In this document: positions 54,648 to 64,000 of the stretch, piece by piece
Position numbering within the stretch: position 1 is the first letter of the stretch
Layout: each line of letters starts with the position of its first letter
DNA from: Botryllus schlosseri
Lineage: Eukaryota
Reading direction: 5' to 3'
Length of the DNA stretch: 64,000 nucleotides
NCBI GenBank assembly: GCA_051294905.1
Contig: CM119385.1
Location: 9,238,001 to 9,302,000, forward strand
Notes under the pieces: model-generated
Database searches by the model: none
Seen by the model: only the letters and a program-made list of their open reading frames with translations
What the model was told of the DNA's origin: nothing
Translations under genes and position numbers: made by a program

Positions 54648-55300
54648 TATTATTATTACTATTAATTGTGAAAACGATACATTGTGGCGCTTATATCACA
54701 TCATCTGTCTGGTGCGCCACTGCAAAAACTTCGTATCACAAGTCCCAAGTCATTTACGCAAAAATGCCTTAAATTATCACATTGCTGGCCAGGACGAATT
54801 CAACGAGAGGTTCTGGACGCACGAGAAGATTATATATGGTGAATTCTACTTACTTTTAAGTACGAGGAAACATCGATTAAATATGCTTAGTGCCAATCTT
54901 ATTTTGGGCGTGCGAGGAGGAAGTGATCCACATAGTCTCGGGTACGAGCCATAGGTCGCACAAAGGCGTGTCGATGCAGCTATTTTAAATACATGCCCTT
55001 TTAGGCGGCAATGATTGTAGCGGAGACGAAATATTATCGCTTCATACAAACGCGATCTGTGCATTGAGGAAAACGTCGTCTGTACGTGCCGTTTGGTGCA
55101 AATGTGTGTTGTGGTTTCCCGTCTCTGCATCTCGGTACTCGGTCTGCCACACAGTCCGAACGTAGTTGCGTACTTCGTTTTTGACATCTTTATAGGTAAT
55201 ATCATAAGCACCTTGAGATCGATGGACTTATCCCTGCAGCAGCTCATCAATAGTTGTCCTGGGCCACAGGCACAATGACTCTGGGAATATGTTACAGGCT
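54648..55300 (-). mobile_element. 5'-truncated, decayed I-group (RNase H-bearing) non-LTR retrotransposon 3' end
   Basis: Across frameshifts: IP-SHC...PG...DELLQG (RNase H end), YKDVKNEVRNYVRTVWQTEY, EAIIFRLRYNHCRLKGHVFKI, DTPLCDLWLVPET/VDHFLLARPK (degenerate CCHC knuckle), TIYNLLVRPEPLVEFVLASNVII* (stop 54769-54771). Then a 3' UTR hairpin GTGGCGC...GCGCCAC and a (TAA)n-like tail at 54648-54663. Confidence 0.8.
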
Positions 55301-55809
55301 TGGCTCGAGTTATGGCATAAATACAAGTTCATACGCTACGCATCTATGGTGTTATTTTAACGTGATGAGTCACTGATGCGGCGTACTGAGAGCGTGTTGT
55401 GTAATTTGGCATCGAAGTGCAATTCATATATCCACGAAGCAATAATTTTTCAAGATTAAGGTTTGCAAATGTGCAAATGGTAATTTGTTCGCAGTTGTAC
55501 CAAATTTGGGTTACCCTATTTTGGAAATCTTTTTCAAAATTTTCAGTCTTGTAAAACCGGAGGAAAATCCTGAAAATGGTAAATTTTTTCCATTTCGAGG
55601 TCGGTTGACCCAAAATACCCGCTGGAGCGTTACTTCAGTGCTGATTTACTGTATCTAAGTCTATTCTGCCATATATTTACCCAAAATTCTCAAAAAAGAG
55701 GAGATTCGGGCGTCCTCCGAGGACACCTTCAAAAAAGTCAAAAAAAGAGGACAAATCCTCTTAAAACATGACATATGGTAACCTTAACTAAATGCGCATG
55801 GGTACAGTG

Positions 55810-56236
55810 CAGAGATGAGCGGATTTGAAATTTCTATGTCCTAATCCAATCCAAATCCGAACCTTCATATCCAAATCCAACTCCTAATCCATAACTTTTT
55901 CATATTCAAGTCCATGTCCTATCCTAATCCGATTCTAACTGGAAATTCAGAAAAAATACTAATTTATGCAATGGAGGGATTCGAAAATTTTCTTTCACAA
56001 CCAACTATTCACTTGATTCAAGATAACTTAGTATCCATAAGTACATTAATAACTGATCTGAATCAAGTTTGTCACCATTCGCCACACGACATTTCAATCT
56101 CCCAGAAAATAGGTAAATCCAATCCAAATCCTAATCCGTTCTGAAAAAAATTTCTAATCCAAATCCAATCCAAATCCGACAAAATTTCACAAATCCTGTT
56201 TTTTCAAAACCTAATCCTAATCCATGCTCATCTCTG
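55810..56236. mobile_element. hAT-type MITE with AATCC subterminal arrays, 427 bp
   Basis: Perfect 11-bp TIR CAGAGATGAGC. Perfect TSD GTACAGTG (55802-55809 / 56237-56244). Confidence 0.9.
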
Positions 56237-56894
56237 GTACAGTGTATACCGAAAACGCACTGATATTGATAAATGGCATCGCGTCAAGAAGCAATAGTGC
56301 ATATCCACCCAAGCCGCTAAGACAAATTACGATATACACACTTTCACCCATGAACTTCTCCCAGAATGCATCATAGATCATAATATCTTCCTCTGTCACA
56401 CTTTAGATTACTAACCTACGGAGGTTAGTAATTTATATTCACAATTCTTTCAACCTCACCTATCGCCTTTTCCCAGAATGCACCGTACACATTTCTCTGG
56501 TTTGACCTTTATACTCTTATACCATATATTATGACCAGATACCATCATATTATGACCATGCGATAACCGGATAACACGCCATTGCTAGTATATCGTTAGC
56601 TCCAGTTTGACGAAGGTGTTTTACTGATAGGTAAAACTCGTAAATACGGAATAACAATCTTGACAAATCTGTATCATTGCATGACTAGTCCCTCGCGAAA
56701 TGTTTATCAAGAAGACCATTGACCGTCGTGAAGGTTTGATTGTAAATTGACATCTACAAAACCCGACTCCGAGAAAAACCCGGCAGGGAAGAGTCGCTTT
56801 ACAGATTAACTATCTTTGAAACTCTGTTCGCTTGTACGGCGACACGGGTTAATCAATTCAGCCCAACCCAAACTTTGGCTTACACAATTTTGTT

Positions 56895-57070
56895 GTATGT
56901 TTATCTAGTTTCCTCTTCGCCATCTCATCCGTGTAAGCGGTGTCTTATAAAAAGCCTAGAAGTGGGTCGTGCTACCAGTCGGCAGCCACGGAATAAAAAT
57001 TAAGAAAATTGGCCTGGTGCAAATGACCATAGCAGTCGATAAACACCATGAATACCACAAACCACAACAA
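56895..57070 (+). mobile_element. SINE body and tail, 5'-truncated
   Basis: GCCATCTCATCCG...TGTCTTATAAAAAGCCTAGAAGTGGG...AAACACCATGAATACCACAAAC closely matches 33880-34025. Confidence 0.7.
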
Positions 57071-60011
57071 TATGTAGTAGCTAACGTTATATTTTTATGC
57101 TACTTGATGTCGCCATTATTCCTTATAGAATAAATAATAATACATGGATACGTTATGCAATTATTAACACGCCATTTCCGAGTATATATCAACAAATTCA
57201 GCACAACACCAACGCATATAATGTGCGGATCGTCTCAAATTCGTTGTAACATTCGTGAACACAATGATACGCATGTACCTCTGCAAATCACTGTATGCGA
57301 TGGTTTTCCGATCGTGTTTTTACTACACTTTTAGTTGAGCGCACGGAAAAGCAAACACTCATTCTAAGAGGTCTTCGCTACACGTATTCTGCGATAAATC
57401 TCAAGAGCTTTTTATGCCAACTTCAGCCCGACGAGAGAGGCACCTCGCAAACATTGATCCTTCACTTAAAATTTTCGAGAAACGAGACCAATCTATCAAC
57501 CATGCGGGACCTGTTTGAGCAGCGACGTGCTGGAGGGCGCAGCCGGGAGTGCGCGTCTGGCAATTAGCGCCAACACAAAAACAACTTCTCGCGCATTTAC
57601 GGCGTTAATTCCTGAAGAATGCTTGAAACTCTGTAGTGGGCAGGTTTCAAGTGTGAAGACAAACGCGGGCCATCACAATGAATCAGCTTTCTGGATTTCG
57701 ATTGGAACGCGCGCTGAATGCAGCGAAGGTGCCCGCACATAATCCGAGTACTGTACACAAAATTGAGGTTAAATTAAAGGTCGTTGGGTCAGGTCAGGTC
57801 AGGAGGCCTTTCGATCACCATGGTAGCCCAGAGGCTTCGAGTGCTATGTGATGCGGGGATAAATGGCTTGAATTGATAACTGAAACTCATGTTCAAATCA
57901 CAAACTGAATAAATTGAAATTCGCATTCAAAGTCACATATATTATTCTCGTGTTAGAGTAATATGGAGCTAAATATGCAGCAGCTTACATATAGTCGCGG
58001 AAAATTGGTGTTCCATATTTTCAAGCGTAAGATTCCCAGCATCTTATTTTATGACATCACACTCTACAAGTGCCACATATCAGTGGTCTCGGAACGTTGT
58101 ACACGCTGTGATGGCTATCTCATTGTAAATTCATTAACAATTCACTTATTTAAATCGTACATCAGATGTACTATTAATTGCCTTTCGTGAATAGCATTTT
58201 GGGTTGAAAGTTTCTTGTTCAAGAAGCAAATCACTTCGGATTGCCATCAACGTATGACCGTTCAAAATCGTTTTCATTCCGTTCCGATATCTTATCGTTT
58301 GGAACATTACCGGATTTCTAAAAGCTGTTAGTTTCGTATATACGTCCTGCCACCATTGATGACTTTGCCAGACCAAAAAAAGGGTTCCCACAATAATTCA
58401 TCTCCTATTTTTCTTCCATTGCACTGCAAAAGGTAAAGATCGTTCCACGGAATGGGGGTTGGGGAATAGCATCAATCACCGAAACTCGTTGTAAGGAATG
58501 CAATTTGATCATAAGGAAGTTTTGTGTACTGCACCCTTATCGGCACACCTACTCCAAAAATCAAGTCCGTAAATACTGAGGAATTATTCATTTCCGAAGT
58601 GCTCGTATAGCTCATCGCAGCTGGCGATTTGTCATTTGCAACTTGTCATTGAAAACTCATGCGAAAACAGAAGTCATAGATCTGTGCATTCGGCATAATA
58701 TGAACTTTGGCTTATAGCCGGACAAAGCAATGCCTAGCAGAAAGGCTTACGAACCACATGCAAGGCTGTTCGGTATTGTAATAACAATTTTAAAGGGACA
58801 ATATGCATTCTACATCTATGTAAAATTGTTCAGGAAAGTGCTTTGAGATTTCGGTACCCGAAACGGAACTAATTTTTAATGTGGAGAGCACCTTTAACAG
58901 ACAAGATCCAATCTACGTGCGAGTTCAATGGCCGTGATTTTATTTTTACGCTGGGTTTACGAGTGTCAACAATAACTCATTGTCGACAAAGTAAATATTA
59001 TTTCATGTCATTAATCTCAAGGAGAGAGCACAGATATAACCAAGCGCAGCAATACTCAAGACAAACCGAGTCAATTCTCAACTCGGCTGTCCAAGTGTCC
59101 ATACTAGCTGTAACCTGAAGGTTATTAAAGTACTATCGTATGTTTGTTTGCAAACTTCGAGTGTTAGCGCCGAGCGCCTTATTGACAGGACGCGACGCCG
59201 CTGCAATTCAACGTTGAGAACGCCGTATTTACCTCACCGAATAAATATTCATTTTCTTTCGTTTTACAAGCAATCGATTCTTCTTCCTTCTCACCTGCAA
59301 TACAGCTTCTCTTTCGTCTGTCCCCTATAGCGTATCGTAAACTATGCCATGGCCAGTTTATCCAAATTTAGACTAAAACATTGTTGAGACTATGATGATG
59401 ATAATAGATCTTAGCCAATACCACCTAAACACATTTTCAATAATAGGAAGCGTCCCATATACGGTTAGAATTTTAAAAAAGTCATTGCTATCGGTGCGAG
59501 AATAATTTGCACAAAGTTTGTTCGGATGGATAGCAGGAGAATGCGTTTTGGGAAAGGTTTTACGTATGACTGGTCGTTAGGCGTGGGTGGGATCCTCCAG
59601 GGATCTTGCCTTTTGCAGAAATAATGCTTATTTTTTTATCTTGATTGGAGCCATTACAGTTAATCTCTTGTAGCTGCCCGGCAACATCCAAGTATTTTTG
59701 AAAACCAAAATACTGCAATGTGTATTGTCTATATCGGGAGGTGGCTAACTTCTGTGCGTCTAGAATCTGAACACAGAGACTTACTCCATTTAATCCCGTT
59801 ACGATTCGTGTAAACGAACAGAGAAGGCTTTGTTGCCAAATTGAATCACCGGCAACACCGCGGAAGCACAAAATTCGATTATCCTCATACCCACAATCAC
59901 CGTCTGCCCCAGGTATGCACAGCAGAAAGTTAACAAGAAATGGAGCAAGGTACCGAACTTCAATACAGGCAGGAATTCCTAACCAGTTTAACGAGCCTAA
60001 CGAGTGAACAA

Positions 60012-60675
60012 TAGGGCTCTTCAAAAATAACTTTTTTTTCTCAAATCGTACTGGCTACTTGATAAAATTGTTAGATTACCTAATTTAAGCCTACACACAA
60101 AATTTGGTTCAATTCCAGCCAGTAACCGCTTTGCTACAGGAGAAGAAAGTTTCTATTTATTATAAAAAAATAAATGATGAAAAATTTGAAGATTTTCTGT
60201 TCACCCCATGAAAGTGTTAGGCTGTCTATAGAAACGATGCTCACCAAATTTGGTTCAATCCCAACCCGTGGAAGCGGAGTTATTGCCGTCGAAAAATTTG
60301 GATTCGAATAAAATAGTATTTACGGTGACCGATTCTTTGTTTATTTATTATAGTTGTGCTCACCGCAAATACTATTTTATTCAAATCCAAATTTTTCGAC
60401 GGCGATAACTCCGCTTCCACTGGTTGGAATTGAACCAAATTTGGTGAACATCGTTTCTATTGACAGCCTCACACTTTCATGGGGTGAACAAAAAATTTTC
60501 AAATTTTTTATCATTTATTTTTAGATAATAAATAGGAACTTTCTTCTCCTGTAGCAAAGCGGTTACTGGCTGGAATTGAACCAAATTTTGTGTGTAGGCT
60601 TAATTTAGGTAACCTAACAATTTTATCAAGTAGCCAGTACGATTTGAGAAAAAAAGTCATTTTCGAAGAGCCCTA
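60012..60675. mobile_element. Foldback hAT-type MITE (TAGGG family), 664 bp
   Basis: Arms of about 320 bp (60012-~60330 / ~60359-60675) are near-perfect reverse complements. Perfect TSD GTGAACAA (60004-60011 / 60676-60683). Confidence 0.92.
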
Positions 60676-60727
60676 GTGAACAACTGAACATGAACACTGA
60701 ACACTGAATACTGAACACAGTGAACAG
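60676..60727. repeat. (CTGAACA)n-like tandem array starting at the TSD
   Basis: GTGAACAA CTGAACA TGAACA CTGAACA CTGAATA CTGAACA CA GTGAACAG. Confidence 0.8.
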
Positions 60728-63079
60728 CTCTCCGCGAGCGCATACTTTCGACATACGATGGACAAGTACATATATCCAGGAGTCGATTTATTTGATCAAG
60801 TCACCTTACCTTCCTGGACTTTGTCTATAGCATTACTCACTAATTTGGGAATGAAAACTTTAGTGCCTCTATTTGGAGGCATGTTACGACACGAGGGAGT
60901 TTTCAAGCAACGGAGATCATAAAGATGTGCGAAGGGAATAGGAATACTCCACATGTACGTTTTTGCTATGGTGGCGGACTGCTTATTCGTCAAATATTTG
61001 ACTATAAATGATGAAGCAGGGTTTGGGTTGAAGTGACATTTTTCAGCTTCATTGACGCCGCAGGCTGCATGGTCATTGGTGAGATCATAAGGCCAAGATA
61101 TAATGTTTGGCATCTACAGAAACGGTTCAAATGTTTTGCGCAACTCTGCGAAATTTTACGTTCAAATATACCTTAGACACTTGGGCAGTTTATGCAGCAG
61201 TCTTCTCGAGGAAAACGAGATTATAATGAACCTATATATACAACGAAAAATGTTATGCTCAGTTGGCCTCTGTAACTACATCTGTAGCAAATAACTTTTT
61301 GGGCCTATTGATATTTTTCCACAACTGAAGCTACATCTATTACGACCCGGAGTGATAGTTTAAAGGCGTGAAATCAAGACAAGCTATAACTTCGTGGCGG
61401 CAGCACTATACACGCCTATTTCGCCGTCGCGAATGTATGCATATTGCATAATGACCACGTCTAATATTTCGTTATACTCTCACAAAACTTGACTGGTCTG
61501 GAGTTGGTGACCTCTGTAACAAAAGACAGATCGGGATGGACGATTATATTTACGATTATTCACGTCGATCAAAACCGCGCAGTTTTGACGTCAGTCGGTT
61601 TCCAGTTCCATAGTAAATCGGCTTAATCTCCGTTGAGAAATCAACACTAAACTCGAACAGACGTATATCTTTTGAATACCGCACCGCAATCATCACACGA
61701 ACACAATGTAAATGCGATAAACGGGCGGTGATAGTTCGGGCCACTTTCACTGGGTGACAGACCACAGCAAACATTTGGTATTGTGTTCTATAACTTCAAT
61801 ACGCTATAAAATATAATATATATGTCACTACTCCGTACGGCTGTATAAGAAAATATCGAAAAATATTATTTCAGGGATTAAGGATACGCTGCACCTGCGT
61901 CATACGGATGTATAAATTGGCATTTGCATACCTTCGATACGCCTTATAGATATGGTTGTCGCTTTTTCCAAGAAGTTTGGTCGCCGAAACCCCACGTTCG
62001 GTCTGGATTTGCATTTCCTAGAAATTCAACATGAACACAACACAAATTGTAGCAATCAATAACAACAACAGGAATTGAGTATACACCTACTACCTAATGA
62101 CACAAAGCATAATCATAACTTAACAATATCCGAAACCCCAGGAATGGAGGATGCACGAGAGAGGGCAATTTGCCCCCATTTTGCACGTCAAGTCGTTTAA
62201 AATTATACTATCATGCCGAAATGAAGAATATGCATAGACAGACAACCTTACAGGATACAGATTAGTTTGCGTGAGTGCATAAGGGCTCCATACCAAAGTT
62301 TCTGATGAAACCATTATGGTGTTCGGCTATTTGTCAGTCATGATTGGCAGGTATTCTCTAGAAATGAATACTGCTGAATCCGTAATAGTTTGTTCTAAGC
62401 TAACCCGGTCACCGACGACTGCACAAATCCTTTTTGACAAGGGTTGATTATATAATGGTTGTCATCTTTACCATCAACTTGTTTCGAACACGCAGTACAG
62501 ATTTCAAGTAGCCCTTTACCAATGGACGGCTGTCAACATATCATATACCTTTTTCGCGTGAAAGTATTTCGACCCCTCGCCTTATGCAATTCACAGAGAT
62601 AAGTTGCTTTTCTTTTTTGTATGCCGGAAAAAAATTGGACAAAACGAGTGATATTTCCCATTCGGGCTGATGAACGATGAAATGGAACTGTTTTATGTTA
62701 ACACCCGGAGTGTGTATGGTAGCGACCTCGAAAGGAACACCAATAGCAATGCGCAGGTCTTTTGTGTCACAAGGACTTGTTTGCTCATCAGTAATCCTGA
62801 ATCGTGTTCAATTTATCAACCTTCCCTCTCACTATTCTCTTCCGATTATATCTAGTTGTCCTAGAAATAAGATACACACGGGCGTGATTCCCGAAGTCTT
62901 CGACCATCGATGCAAAAATGTATTTCGTTTTTCCATACCAATAGATGAGTTCCCCCAATCCATCATTATACATCATACAATATAATATACATAGGATACG
63001 TGATCATAAGAAGTAATGTATGGTCTCGGGGATTTTTGACAGACGATCAACGCGATGGGAAGTCGCCTACACTTTACGG

Positions 63080-63582
63080 CAGGGGTTCTCAACCCGCGGC
63101 CCGCGGGCCGCATGCGGCCCGCAGACGATTATTTTGCGGCCCGCGACATCTTTCATTATAAACGCAATTACTTCTGACACGGTATTTTTACAAATTAATT
63201 TTATCTTGATACTTAGCACTTTTATCGCACCTTTCGCATCTTTCATTTGATTACTCATTCTTGAAAGCAGTGGTTCTCAAACTGGAGGATGCGCTGCCTT
63301 GGGGGCCTGAAAGCATCTGAGGGGGTGGGCGAAGATGCGGTCAACTGAACAAAAAAATTTGCGCTCTGCGCAATTTATCTCCGTTTCCTAGTTATTTCTC
63401 GGTGTATAGTCAGAATTTCATATTTGAGAATTCTCTCATCAACAGCCATAACCTTCCTTGCCATCGAACTAGCCGTTTGTGTTGCTAGCATTCTGGTTGC
63501 ATTTTGTTATATGACGATAAGGGGGCACTAAATTTTACCTATCAAAAACGAGGGCGTGTCTAAAATAGTTTGAGAACCCCTG
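63080..63582. mobile_element. Charlie-type MITE composite: two left ends and one right end
   Basis: Left ends CAGGGGTTCTCAACCC (63080) and CAGTGGTTCTCAAACT (63268). Right end AGTTTGAGAACCCCTG (ends 63582). Both candidate TSD pairings match 6/8. Confidence 0.7.
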
Positions 63583-64000
63583 CTTTAATGTGTTCTCGTT
63601 TCTTGATGTATGCTCGACTTAAGATTGGTATTGATTTGAATCGGTATTCGACTGGACTCTAGTTCAAGAGAATTCCGTAACGTAGTAGGCCTATATTTTT
63701 AAAGAGTGTTAGACTCAGTGCAAACGTTTGTTGAGATTGCCGATGACGATACAGACCAATCGTTCAAAATTGATTGGAATATCGCTAAAACCAAGAAATC
63801 TGCTAAAGAAGGTGTTATTTCAATAAAACCTCAACATTCTTTGCGAATGAATATCTGCTGTTTTCGGAACTTAGTAGCAAGGACAAGATCACCCGACGAA
63901 TTGCGAAGATACAGTCGTCTGATTCAATCGTGACCAGACGAGAAACATCAATGTCAGTCGGTATTTTTTCGCATGTTCTGAAACACATTGCCGCGTAGAC

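Noticed and set aside
57787-57801. (GGTCA)3 as a nuclear receptor element
   Set aside because: The 5-bp period makes half-sites overlap; a simple microsatellite is more likely.
58790-58897. Kolobok-like MITE between TTAA sites
   Set aside because: The inverted match is only AGG/CCT, and TTAA is common here.

Overview
Eukaryotic, AT-rich (about 38-40% GC by eye), repeat-dense window, most like a marine invertebrate genome (the taxon is an inference). I cannot support any intact host gene, rRNA, true tRNA or CRISPR array. Nearly all ORFs in the track are chance ORFs or lie inside repeats. The dominant content is cut-and-paste transposons. One 3078-bp Buster/Charlie (SPIN/GTF2IRD2-like) hAT element (5851-8928) has perfect TIRs and TSD but an internally deleted, frameshifted transposase. 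About 20 non-autonomous hAT-type MITE copies or remnants are present, many with readable 8-bp TSDs, and several are nested. Three long foldback palindromes (8119-8707, 33183-33706, 60012-60675) are each flanked by extra copies of their own target sequence. Retroelements: the 3' end of an L2/Crack-type LINE (417-1075), the 3' end of an RNase H-bearing I-group LINE (54648-55300), and a tRNA-Gly-like SINE family with about 5 copies. The most interesting signals are a possible excision footprint plus re-insertion at 8075-8714, within-copy arm homogenisation in one foldback family, a clean Buster versus Ac TSD partition, a SINE/LINE tail hairpin of matching geometry, and a MITE carrying seven TAATCC sites. 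Family names come from motif recognition, not from database searches.
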